Assembly: GCA_963733675.1 (NCBI GenBank)
Contig: CAVTET010000003.1
Location: 604,157-668,156 of the forward strand
DNA: 64,000 bases
Source: an uncultured Methanosarcinaceae archaeon
Lineage (GTDB): Archaea > Halobacteriota > Methanosarcinia > Methanosarcinales > Methanosarcinaceae
Direction of reading: 5' to 3'
The notes beneath the pieces were generated by a model. The model ran no database searches, was not told the DNA's origin, and was given only the letters and a program-made list of their open reading frames with translations. A program made the translations under genes and the position numbers. Of the stretch, positions 34,906 through 44,645 are shown piece after piece (positions within the stretch are counted from its first letter, which is position 1; each line of letters starts with the position of its first letter).

Positions 34906-35601
34906 ATGTTCTGGTTTAAAGGAGGCTTTTTGATGCCAAAAATATTTATTCTTGCTCCTGCAACGCCCCACGCTTGCAGCATTGCAAACGCAAGCGCCAA
35001 AACATTGCCCGACATAGTGTACGACACGTCTTTGGTACAAAGTGTTGGAACCGCATTTTTCTCGCAAACCAGCATCGTCCTGGCTGGAGGTTGTTTTTGG
35101 GGTATCCAAGCCGTGTTCCAGCATGTCAAAGGTGTGATTGACGCTGTATCTGGCTATGCAGGAGGGGCAGCGGATACGGCACATTACGAAAGCGTTGGCA
35201 CCGGCAAAACAGGTCATGCAGAGTCGGTACAAGTGACGTATAACCCTGCGCAAATAACACTCGGGCAAATACTGAAAGTGTTTTTCTCGGTCGCTCATGA
35301 TCCCACTGAGCTTAACCGACAGGGTCACGACCACGGAACACAATATCGCTCAGCGATATTCTATTCGACTCAGGAACAGAAAGAAGTTGCTGAAGCTTAT
35401 ATTGACCAATTGCAACAAGCAAAAATATTTAAGGCTCCAATTGTAACCAGGTTGGAGCCTTTAAAGGCTTTCTACCCAGCTGAGGATTATCACCAAAACT
35501 ATGCAAGGTTTCACCTGTCTGATCCCTACATTGCGATCAACGATATGCCGAAATTGAAAGCACTTGAGAAAGAGTTTCCCAATCTTTACATAAAACAATG
35601 A
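34906..35601 (+). CDS. msrA: Peptide-methionine (S)-S-oxide reductase MsrA, bacterial type
   Basis: AGGCFWG, GKTGHAESV, HDPTELNRQG, AEDYHQNY motifs; start may be 34933. Confidence 0.95.
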   Translation: MFWFKGGFLMPKIFILAPATPHACSIANASAKTLPDIVYDTSLVQSVGTAFFSQTSIVLAGGCFWGIQAVFQHVKGVIDAVSGYAGGAADTAHYESVGTGKTGHAESVQVTYNPAQITLGQILKVFFSVAHDPTELNRQGHDHGTQYRSAIFYSTQEQKEVAEAYIDQLQQAKIFKAPIVTRLEPLKAFYPAEDYHQNYARFHLSDPYIAINDMPKLKALEKEFPNLYIKQ

Positions 35602-35690
35602 GTATGTTCAATGTTGTGCGAGCTTTCGTCGAAGGAGTCGGGTTGATCCTGACGTCTTGCACTTGCCGATTTTGCGATCATTCTGGCACG
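35598..35690 (+). pseudogene. 5' fragment of a DipZ/CcdA (DsbD-family) gene
   Basis: ATGA overlap with the msrA stop; MFNVVRAFVEGVGLILTSC, then LPIL and IILA after single-base shifts. Confidence 0.55.
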
Positions 35691-37005
35691 AAGTTAAAAG
35701 TCCAATGAAATTTATGACCTTATCAAAACTTGTAGTTATGTACCTTACATAGAATTATCTAGCAGGTATAATCAGATGAATGGACTATGCAGGGGCCTGA
35801 TGTCCCTGATTATGATTTTGAAACTAAATATGAATTCAGTTGTGGCAAATCTGAAATAGCTGATATGAAAATTTTGAAACATCATATAGTCAAATGTATT
35901 GAATTCGTGAAAATTCCAGAAAATCGATACGAAAGAGTTGGCTATATTAAGTATCATGATTCTAAGGTAGAGTCTTCACATCTGAAGCCGTGAGCATCCT
36001 ACATTAGAATCGTGAAAATGAGAGCTATCTAGTATTAAAGATACAAACGGAAAAGAAAATTGGACTGGGAAAAAGCTCGTTTATTTAAAATTAAATTGGG
36101 CTGCATTTGACGATACTTCTAAGTTGTAAGTAGGTAATAGTGCAAAAAATTGTAATGGAAAGTCGACGTAAAGAAAATACATATTTTTATTTTAAAAACT
36201 CTGCATTAGTAAAAACGACAAATTCTGTTCTTTGTGTTGAAGACTAATTTGGTAGTCCATTTATTCGTTATTGATAAGGCCTTAACACTTGAAGTACATA
36301 ACCTGTAACATTACACTCTCAATTTTAAAATTTTAGCGAGTTCTCATGGTCAACTTTCTAGGATTACTTAAACTAATCTCATATAAAAAAAGTAGGTTTT
36401 ATTTCTCACAACCTAAACCTGGGGTTTTCATGGCATAGCTGATCGATTTAATTATTTGTTTTTAAGTGTTGAATCTCAAATAATCATTTTTTAAATTTTC
36501 CCTTAAGGTGTTTCCAGTAATCCTCATACTTTTGCTCTTCAAGCAAGTATTCATTCAATCTTAACTCAAGAAGTTCAGGGGTCATTCTTTGGAACGACTG
36601 TTTGTGATTTGTCTCTGACATAATTTCTTAACATCTCCGAAAAGATTATCCTGTACCCGTGTTAAAAATAAAATAGTTGAAATAATAAAACACAATCAAA
36701 TATGCATCACATATTTCTCTTTATTAGATTGTGACCCAAGTTGAAGTAAGAGAACTTAACTAGGAGTTTAAAGAGTTAATTTTGAAATTATAGGTAATTA
36801 CTCCTGTCAGGATGCAATGCCTATATCTCCAACCAGTTTTTTAATTTTATTAATTGTTTCTTTTCATTTCTCATCACAAATACGATTACCCAGTTAAACA
36901 AGACTTCCTGTCGATTGTCCCTATAGATTCACATGTTACTCTGAAAGATCAGTTAGTTACATTCAATTTTCAGTTTTGGTGTTGTTAACCTGGATGTTAT
37001 TCACT

Positions 37006-37695
37006 TTATAATTGTTCACCTATAAATTGTCCATCTTGGTTTTGCCCACTTGGGTATTTCCAGCTTTGGTGTTGTTTATTGGAATGTTTTACGCCTTTGT
37101 GTAGCTCACCGGAGTATTTTGAACTGGGTGTTGCGGGTGCAAAAGATCCATATGTCGCATCGGTTATTAAACCGGATGTTGCAGGTGTTGCTAAACCATG
37201 TGTTCCTGTAGCTGGTTTTGCGCCTAATGGTTTTGACCACCCTGTTTTTGCTCCACTTGGGTACTCCTCACCTTGTTTTTGTTCACCTTGGTTCTTTCCA
37301 TATGGGAATTTTCCGCCTAGGTGTTTACCTGGGAATAGTTCTATATCTGAGAATTTTCCGTTTAGGTATTGTTCACCTGGGAATAGTCCACCTGGGAATA
37401 GTCCATCTGTGAATTGTTCACCTAGGTATTGTTCACCTAGGAATAATTCACTTGGGAATTGTTCGTCTTGGTTTTGTCTACCTTGATTTTGTCCGTTTTG
37501 GTCTTGTTTACCGGAGTATTTTTCACCTTGGTGTTGTTTACCGATATGTTTTTCGCTTTTGTGTTGTTCACCTGAGTGGTGGTGTTTTATTTCATCTGCG
37601 GCGCTTACTGCAGTAGCTGTCATTGAAATTATTAAAAAAAATACTACTAAAATAGCTAGTGCATTTTTTCTTCTTTCAAATGCTTGTTTTCTCAT
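37006..37695 (-). CDS. Secreted protein with GEQxx-type 5-aa repeats (shared-leader family member 6)
   Basis: Signal peptide MRKQAFERRKNALAILVVFFLIISMTATAVSA; 15-bp periodic coding repeats; GGAG RBS. Confidence 0.8.
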   Translation of the reverse strand: MRKQAFERRKNALAILVVFFLIISMTATAVSAADEIKHHHSGEQHKSEKHIGKQHQGEKYSGKQDQNGQNQGRQNQDEQFPSELFLGEQYLGEQFTDGLFPGGLFPGEQYLNGKFSDIELFPGKHLGGKFPYGKNQGEQKQGEEYPSGAKTGWSKPLGAKPATGTHGLATPATSGLITDATYGSFAPATPSSKYSGELHKGVKHSNKQHQSWKYPSGQNQDGQFIGEQL

Positions 37696-37859
37696 TTAAT
37701 ATAAACTCCATATTTTGTCTGAAATATATTGTATTGATACTTATGGTATAAACTGGTATAATAATATTACACAGTATGGTTTATATAAGCCTTTTTTATT
37801 TCATTTTCTAGCAATACAGAGATTAATTATGACAAAAAGAGGAAGAGGCAATAATAGTA

Positions 37860-38340
37860 ACCTAAAGATAAATCACTATTACCTTGGAAATTAGGTGATC
37901 ACACTTCTAAATTATACCTGGAGATCACATTTACCGACATGAATTAACAAAAATAAAATATTGTTTGTGTAGTTAGCAAGGTAATCAACCCGATGCTTTA
38001 AAACCTATTTTTTCCTAACTGTCTTACTCGTTCTGCAACAGACTGGGCTATTTTTGTTCTTAATTGGAAAGAAAAGATACAGAATCAATCCTATTTTACA
38101 GAACTTTAGGTACACTTACAGATCTATATAATTATTTTTCCCTTATTTTTCTATTTATGATGGTTGTTTAGGTTAATTAGTTTCAAGTGTTCCATAAGCT
38201 CTATATGCTCTATAAGTCACTAAGCTTCATAAGTGCCAGAAGCTCTATGAGTCCATAAATCAACAATGCTTTCTTATTACTGATTGCTTTTAGGAAATTC
38301 ATAGATTTCATTACAAAACATATGCATTAATCATCAGACA
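37860..38340. repeat. Repeated non-coding element, full copy 2 (with ~130-bp internal insertion)
   Basis: Colinear with 33890-34250; hairpin at 37892-37933; anchor TAGTTTCAAGTG at 38178. Confidence 0.8.
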
Positions 38341-38462
38341 ATAAAGAAAAATCATAAACCAGGTTGGAAAATTTGATAATGTCCGCTCACTCGTTAAGTT
38401 CTTCAAAAAGGGCAGGAAACTTCTTTTTTAGTGGTATGAAGAGTTTTTCGTCTAATTTAGTA

Positions 38463-38833
38463 TCATAAAATTGTTTCCACTTTAAAAAGTTGGTCAAGTG
38501 ATAATCCGTAAGCTTCTACAAGGAAAGCTGCTTCAAGGTTAGTCTTCTTAAGATTGGTCTTCTCAAGGTTAACTTCCACAAAGTAAGCGTTTTTAAGTTT
38601 AGCTTCTTGAATGTCTGCTTCTTTAAGGTTAACCCCTTTAAGGTAAACCCACTGAAGATTAGTCCCCACAAGATTAGCTTTTTTAAGGCAAGCTCCATAA
38701 AAATTAGTTTTTATAAGCTTAGCCCCCTCAAGGTTAGTTTCTCTAAGATTAGCTCCTATAAGATTAATTTTTTCAAGGTTAGCTCCTGTAAAATTAGCCA
38801 TTGTCAAATTAGACTCTAAAAAATTCGTTCTTC
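38463..38833 (-). pseudogene. Pentapeptide-repeat protein, 5'-truncated by IS5
   Basis: Serial (A/T)NLxx repeats run up to the IS5 terminus. Confidence 0.85.
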
Positions 38834-38836
38834 TAA

Positions 38837-39707
38837 GAGCCTATCCGAAAAATAATATACTTTCAATTTAAGATCATTTGTGGTAATGACAAAACTGAAA
38901 ATTGTTCAGGACTACGAAATTTCTGAAGATTATTGGACAAAAATAGAACCTTTACTACCTGTACCTAAGCCAAAAAAGAAGTCTGGAAGACCTAGAAAGG
39001 GTGACAGGGAAATAATGAGTGGCATCTTCTATCTCCTTGTTACTGGTTGCCAATGGAAAGCATTGCCACGATTTTATGGAGCCCCAAGCACTGTACATGA
39101 TCGATTTCAGGAATGGCAACTATCAGGCTTACTTGAGAGCATGTGGCTGGCTGGTCTTGTTGAGTATGATTTCGAAAAAGGATTAAGAATGGGAATGACA
39201 ATCAATTGATGGTGCTATGACAAAAGCACCATTAGATGGAGCTGGAACAGGAGCCAATCCTACTGATCGTGGCAAAAAAGGTACAAAAAGGAGTGTTTTA
39301 ACTGATGGTAAAGGCATACCACTTTCTGTTGTCGTTGATGGAGCCAATCGTCACGATAAAAAGCTTGTAAAAAGGACTTTAGACGCCATATTCTTTGAAA
39401 GACCTTCTCCAGAAGACATAATTCAGAATATATGCATGGATAAGGGTTATGATTTCACAGATATCAGAAAATTGGTTGAAGACTATGGTTATACTGCGCA
39501 TATCAAAAGTCGTGGAGAAGAAAACATAAGAAGGTACATACCTGGTTTTAGGGCAAGAAGATGGGTTGTAGAAAGGGCACATTCTTGGTTGAATAGATTC
39601 AGAGACTCCTTATAAGATGGAAAAAGAAAATTGAAAATTACCTTGCTATCCTACATTTAGCGTGCGCATTGATAACTTCAGATCAGCAGGACTTTTCGGA
39701 TAGCCTT
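38837..39707 (+). mobile_element. IS5-family element with disrupted transposase
   Basis: TIRs GAGCCTATCCGAAAA / TTTTCGGATAGCCTT, TAA on both flanks; TGCQWKALP, DKGYD, RWVVER; ORFs 38880-39209 and 39217-39615 with frameshift and stop. Confidence 0.92.
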
Positions 39708-39975
39708 TAAACGTTTTTTTAAAACTCATAGATAATTATTAAGTCTAGGCAAAATAATATAAGAGTCATATTTATAGGATTCAATGAGTAAAATTCAGAA
39801 GGCTCATCTTTCAACTGTAAGCAAGATATTGTTTTTTTGTAACTCTAAATTAGTACTCAAAAGGATCCATTGCGTCAAAATAGTTATCTTCCAATTTATT
39901 TTTGGCAGACTGAAATGCTATACTCGTAAAAAGGAGAACTGAGAATAAATGTAGTAGCTAGAAATTTGGGGAATG

Positions 39976-40707
39976 TTATTCTTCACTTTCCTTTGCAATT
40001 GCAACAAGCTCATTTATGCATGCTACAGCCATTGGTGTCCCCCCTCTTGTCCCAACACAACTGATGGAGGGGATTGGAATCTTCAGGTTCCTCAGCATTT
40101 CTTTGGATTCGGCAGCGTTTACGAAACCTACTGGAAGTCCAATAATAAGAGCTGGCCTTAAGCCTTTTTCAATAAGTTTGGAGACCATGATAAGAGCAGA
40201 AGGTGCATTTCCAATTGCAATAATGCTTCCATCTAGTTGTTTTCTGGCAGCCAAGAAACCTGCAGATGTGCGGGTTATTCCGTACTTGTTAGCGATTTCA
40301 GAATTCTGATCTTCATCTAGAACGCAAATGATTTTGGATTTGTGCCCTCTTTTTGTAATCCCTGCTTTTAACATATTGATATCTACAAAAATTGGGGCAC
40401 CTTTTTTAATAGTTTCCACGCCTACAGTAATTGGATCATGCATAAAATGCATAATTTCTGCTACTGATAGGTCCCCAGTGGCAATAACACAGCGCTGACG
40501 TAAACGATCTTCAGGCGTCTTATTCACAACAAGCTCTTGAATAATTGTCCAGCTTTTCATGTAAATAGCTTTGGCTTCCTCAGTTCTTGCTCCGGAATCC
40601 TTACAAATTTTTACAAATTCGGGATCTATATTTACTGTAGGCTCGATAAATTCCTCAAGGTTTTCTAGCTTTCCAATTTCTTCATTAACGCTTCTTTTAG
40701 TAGTCAT
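39976..40707 (-). CDS. cbiC: Cobalt-precorrin-8 methylmutase
   Basis: TRTSAG, IGNAPSAL, GLPVGFVNAAESK, GTRGGT motifs. Confidence 0.93.
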   Translation of the reverse strand: MTTKRSVNEEIGKLENLEEFIEPTVNIDPEFVKICKDSGARTEEAKAIYMKSWTIIQELVVNKTPEDRLRQRCVIATGDLSVAEIMHFMHDPITVGVETIKKGAPIFVDINMLKAGITKRGHKSKIICVLDEDQNSEIANKYGITRTSAGFLAARKQLDGSIIAIGNAPSALIMVSKLIEKGLRPALIIGLPVGFVNAAESKEMLRNLKIPIPSISCVGTRGGTPMAVACINELVAIAKESEE

Positions 40708-41497
40708 ATTTCTTATGATACCCCCTGGGAGTTATTATAAAATCCTTCTTTTTGGAATTCCAGATTCTAGAATCTATATTTCCAACAAGAATCGTGGTGC
40801 TCATATCTATCCAGTCTTCGTATTCCATTACTTTACCTAAGGTCGTTACAATCCTTTCCTCACCTTTGCCCCTTAAAGCATTCTTGACGAGTCCTACAGG
40901 TACGAAATCAGCCTTGTACTGACGGATTATTTCAATAGCCTTCAAAAAGTTGGATTGTCTCTTACGGCTTTTCGGATTGTAGAGTGCCATTACAAAATCG
41001 GCCTTTGCGGCAAGGTTAAGCCGTTTTTCTATTACATCCCAGGGAGTCAATAGATCACTCAGGCTGATGACTGCAAAATCCGTTACAACAGGGGCCCCAA
41101 GTATACTTGCTCCAGCTAGAATTGCAGTAACCCCTGGAAGAACTTCAATAACAACATCAAGACTCTCATGCTCAGCAACCTCAAGAACGATACCTGCCAT
41201 ACCATAGATGTTGGTATCACCGCCACTGATAATGACAACTGTTGAACTTTTTGCAAGTTCCACAGCTTTTCTTGCTCTGTCCACCTCTTTGCCCATATGA
41301 CTGCGGATTATTTCCTGAGTCCCTAGAAGACTCTCGATCTGGTCCAAGTAAGTATTGTTTCCAATCACATAATCGGCATTAATGATTGCATCTCGGGCTT
41401 TGATCGTCATCTGTTCAACAGATCCCGGCCCGATCCCTACGATGTAGAGTTTTCCTCCTTCTGCCTTATTTTGCGATTGCGATCGTGACTCTGCCAT
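40697..41497 (-). CDS. cbiH: Cobalt-precorrin-3 C17-methyltransferase
   Basis: VGIGPG, ISLSDLLTPW, LYNPKS, TPRGY motifs. Confidence 0.93.
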   Translation of the reverse strand: MAESRSQSQNKAEGGKLYIVGIGPGSVEQMTIKARDAIINADYVIGNNTYLDQIESLLGTQEIIRSHMGKEVDRARKAVELAKSSTVVIISGGDTNIYGMAGIVLEVAEHESLDVVIEVLPGVTAILAGASILGAPVVTDFAVISLSDLLTPWDVIEKRLNLAAKADFVMALYNPKSRKRQSNFLKAIEIIRQYKADFVPVGLVKNALRGKGEERIVTTLGKVMEYEDWIDMSTTILVGNIDSRIWNSKKKDFIITPRGYHKKYDY

Positions 41498-41819
41498 ATA
41501 CTTTTTTCCTAGAAATTAATTTTTTTTCTTCTGAAAGGGCAAGTGCTGCAGGCTCTGCAACTCCTTTTAATCCAAAAAGTGATGCTTTGGATGGTGAAGG
41601 GGGATTGTAGCTGTTTAACATCTGATCTGGCAAAAAGTCCACCGGAATTCCAAGCATCTTTCCTGCTTCCAGCAGCCCTCGTTCATTTTTCTTAAGTTTC
41701 GCAGAAGCTAAAACTGTAACTTCTTCAAGATTCAGGTTACACTCATCAAGCGCCTGTTTCACGGCTTCAACAACTTCTTCTTTTGTAATACCTCTGCGAG
41801 TCCCTATTCCAATAATCAT
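41466..41819 (-). CDS. cbiG: CbiG C-terminal domain protein
   Basis: IGIGTRRG, GVAEPAAL, VTIAIA motifs. Confidence 0.88.
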   Translation of the reverse strand: MIIGIGTRRGITKEEVVEAVKQALDECNLNLEEVTVLASAKLKKNERGLLEAGKMLGIPVDFLPDQMLNSYNPPSPSKASLFGLKGVAEPAALALSEEKKLISRKKVYGRVTIAIAK

Positions 41820-41924
41820 CAGTACCTCCTGTACACTTATTTTTCATTAATTCACCTACAAATTAATTGTATGATTATTAGCTAAAGTTAATTGTATCAT
41901 TATTAGCTATTACCTATAGGCTCA

Positions 41925-42419
41925 TTAGCTATTGCCTTTGCTGCTGTCAGTTGATAAAGTTTTACTCTGCCGTTTTCTTACAAGCACAGATACGTTATCG
42001 TCCACGATTATTATCCTGGGTCCTTTAATCTCAAGAATTTCTACTCCTTGGTCGAGGAATGCACAGTTTACAGCTACAGTGGATTGTTTATTGATAATTT
42101 CACACCTTTGTTTGCCTGCAATGCCCTCTACCGAGGGTTTACCGTGAACTTCAGTAGCTGTTGTAAGCACTGGAATTGCTCCGAGTTCCGAAATCTTTCG
42201 AGCGATCTCATTAGCGCCGTGATGTCCGCCTAGAAGAGGAATTACGAAGTTCAGGTTTGAATCCACTACAACCACAGCAGGATCTAACCACTTATTTTTG
42301 AGAAGGGAAGCAATATCTCTTACTACAATACCAGTGGCAAAAACGGCAACTATTGCCTTGTGATCTCTAAAAGCTATTTCGAAAACTCCTTTTTCATAGA
42401 GAAGTATGTCAGCTTTCAA
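41925..42419 (-). CDS. cbiG: CbiG N-terminal domain protein (cobalt-precorrin-5A hydrolase)
   Basis: ATGIVVR, DPAVVVVD, LGGHHGAN, TTATE; frame is open ~20 codons further upstream, so the true start is uncertain. Confidence 0.88.
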   Translation of the reverse strand: MKADILLYEKGVFEIAFRDHKAIVAVFATGIVVRDIASLLKNKWLDPAVVVVDSNLNFVIPLLGGHHGANEIARKISELGAIPVLTTATEVHGKPSVEGIAGKQRCEIINKQSTVAVNCAFLDQGVEILEIKGPRIIIVDDNVSVLVRKRQSKTLSTDSSKGNS

Positions 42420-42466
42420 GTGTTCTGCTAACTTTGCAGCGATTTCATGATTTCTCTTAAAAGTAA

Positions 42467-43195
42467 TTACAACGATTTCTGAGACATTCCGTATAGATGG
42501 GACCTCCTGTAGTTTGTGGGGTTAACAACTCCACCTATGATAATCATTGCTGATCGCATAATCCCTGCATCCTCCACTTTTTCTGCGATGTCTCCTACTG
42601 TCCCTGTGATAACTTTCTCGTCTTCCCAAGATGCATGAAAGATTAATGCAGCAGGTGTATCTTTCGGGCATCGGACTTTTTCCATAATTTCCCTTATTTT
42701 TTGAGTGCCCAGGAAAATCGCCATTGTTGTGTTATAAGCTGAAAGCTCGGTTATAAGGTCTTTTTCCATAGTTTTTCCTGCTGGACGGGTAATGATGAGA
42801 GTATCAGATATACCATTAAGAGTAAGCTGGGTACCAAGAGCAACTGCACTTGCAAATACAGAAGAGACACCCGACACTCTTTCCACTTTAATATCGTACT
42901 TTTTGAGCTCTTCCATCTGCTCTATGATAGCTCCATAAAGAGAGGGATCTCCGCTGTGGAGGCGAACAACAAACTTTCCTAAATCTACTGCATTTGCGAT
43001 CATTTTAGTGGTCTCTTCAAGAGTTAAACCGTAGCTATCTGCAGTCTTTCCCTTCGTGTAATTTAAGACCTCCGGATTTACTAGAGAACCTGCATAAATT
43101 ACGAGGTCAGCTTTTTCTAGCATCTCACGTCCAAGTACGGTAATTAGTTTTGGGTTCCCAGGACCTGCCCCTACAAAATATACTTTTCGTTCCAT
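42467..43195 (-). CDS. cbiF: Cobalt-precorrin-4 C11-methyltransferase
   Basis: [36 protein letters not shown]; start at MERKV. Confidence 0.93.
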   Translation of the reverse strand: MERKVYFVGAGPGNPKLITVLGREMLEKADLVIYAGSLVNPEVLNYTKGKTADSYGLTLEETTKMIANAVDLGKFVVRLHSGDPSLYGAIIEQMEELKKYDIKVERVSGVSSVFASAVALGTQLTLNGISDTLIITRPAGKTMEKDLITELSAYNTTMAIFLGTQKIREIMEKVRCPKDTPAALIFHASWEDEKVITGTVGDIAEKVEDAGIMRSAMIIIGGVVNPTNYRRSHLYGMSQKSL

Positions 43196-43269
43196 CTTAT
43201 CATTCCTTTGCTTTCTTGTACTTATTCCAAAATCGTGTCCTGATTTCGCAGAATCTGATCTAGGATCTT

Positions 43270-43878
43270 TCATTTTTCCCCATAGATGATACTGAAATAA
43301 TTCCCTTTTTCTGGGATCTCTTCTTTTCTGCGAATTATAACTTCGTTGTCAGAAAAAAGTCTTTCTGCAAAAATAAATTCTTTATATCCTTCAGCTTCGA
43401 GATTTTCAACTATCTTTTTTGGCTGTGTGGCTTTCAGGTTAATCTTATACATAATCTCAGAACCGTCACTGACTTCAAAAGATCTATCAATTGTACTGTC
43501 AGTCCTTGCAGCAAAAGATGTGATCGAACTGATTCCAGGCACTGTTGAAAGCTCTATATCCAGATAATGTTTTTGAATGACTTTCTTTAGATGGGAAAAT
43601 GTCGAGAAAAAATTCGGGTCACCTATAAGACCGAAAGCTACAGTTCCTTTTCGCGCTTCTTCTGCTATTCTATCAGCACTTTCTTTCCAGTGAGAATTGA
43701 GAGTTTCAATGTCTTTTATCATGGGGAACTCAAGGATTTCGGCGTCCGCATAAGGAGCTACGAGGTCTTTTGCCATCTGACCAGGTACATATACCTTATC
43801 ACTTTTTTTTAAAACATCTACTGCTTTCAGGGTCAGAAGTTCAGGGTCTCCTGGACCAAGTCCTACTCCTATTAACAT
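43270..43878 (-). CDS. cbiL: Cobalt-factor II/precorrin-2 C20-methyltransferase
   Basis: [33 protein letters not shown]. Confidence 0.92.
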   Translation of the reverse strand: MLIGVGLGPGDPELLTLKAVDVLKKSDKVYVPGQMAKDLVAPYADAEILEFPMIKDIETLNSHWKESADRIAEEARKGTVAFGLIGDPNFFSTFSHLKKVIQKHYLDIELSTVPGISSITSFAARTDSTIDRSFEVSDGSEIMYKINLKATQPKKIVENLEAEGYKEFIFAERLFSDNEVIIRRKEEIPEKGNYFSIIYGEK

Positions 43879-44075
43879 GTTATCACTCCGTAAGATTAAT
43901 TAAAATAAATGTAAAAGCATAATTCTGATTGAAACCAATTTTCGGGGAATTTACACCGGAAAGACATCTATTTTCTCAACATTACTGTAGCTTTAAAATT
44001 AATCAAAATTTAAATGAATGATAGTTGGCAAATAGACAAAAAACCCTGCCTATGTGTACATCTGCAGAATGCTGT

Positions 44076-44645
44076 TCAGGGAGCAATTTTGTAATTTATT
44101 GTTTTTCCAACAACGATGTATACAGCGTTTTCGGGTTTGAACATAGTTTCCCCTGCAATCTGTATACTTCTGGAGATCGAAATGTGGAGTACTTCATCAA
44201 AAATCGCAAGATTTTTCATTGCATTAATTGTTCTGACAACAGTTTCGATACGGACTGCATTTACCACAATGCTTCGTGCTTTTTTTTCAACAAGTAACTT
44301 AAGAACGGTAACAATATTTTTTGTTCCGCCAACAAAAGCACAATCTATAGAATCAACAAAATCTCTTGATCCAAGAATTTCTGAAGCTTCACCGGATAAA
44401 AGCTTGGCATTCGTGATGTTGAAATTCTTGAAGTTGATTTCGGTGGCTCTAAGTGCTTCTTTGCGGGTTTCTATTGCATAGATGGTCAGTCGTCGGGCAA
44501 TCCTAGATGCTTCAATTGATACTGATCCTGTTCCACAGCCGACATCTGCAAATATATCTCCGTCCTGCAGTCCCAGCTTGTAAAGTGATAAAGCGATGAT
44601 TTCAGGTTTTGTCGGACCACCGCTAACGCTTACTATTTTTGGCAT
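44076..44645 (-). CDS. cbiT: Cobalt-precorrin-6B C15-methyltransferase (decarboxylating)
   Basis: GPTKPEI, DVGCGTGSVSIE, FVGG motifs; heads the cbi cluster. Confidence 0.92.
   Translation of the reverse strand: MPKIVSVSGGPTKPEIIALSLYKLGLQDGDIFADVGCGTGSVSIEASRIARRLTIYAIETRKEALRATEINFKNFNITNAKLLSGEASEILGSRDFVDSIDCAFVGGTKNIVTVLKLLVEKKARSIVVNAVRIETVVRTINAMKNLAIFDEVLHISISRSIQIAGETMFKPENAVYIVVGKTINYKIAP

Noticed and set aside
35787-36621. Short ORFs at 35787-35993 (+) and ~36463-36621 (-)
   Set aside because: Plausible small genes or relics, but nothing supports a call
37079-37486. Plus-strand Pro/Cys-rich ORFs
   Set aside because: Antisense to the repeat protein 37006-37695
28681-38255. 9-bp periodic arrays as CRISPR or mini-CRISPR
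   Set aside because: Units are contiguous, degenerate and too short, with no spacers
41466-42419. Split cbiG as pseudogenisation
   Set aside because: The C-terminal part has its own GGAGG RBS and both frames are clean; separate CbiG domains are seen in archaea
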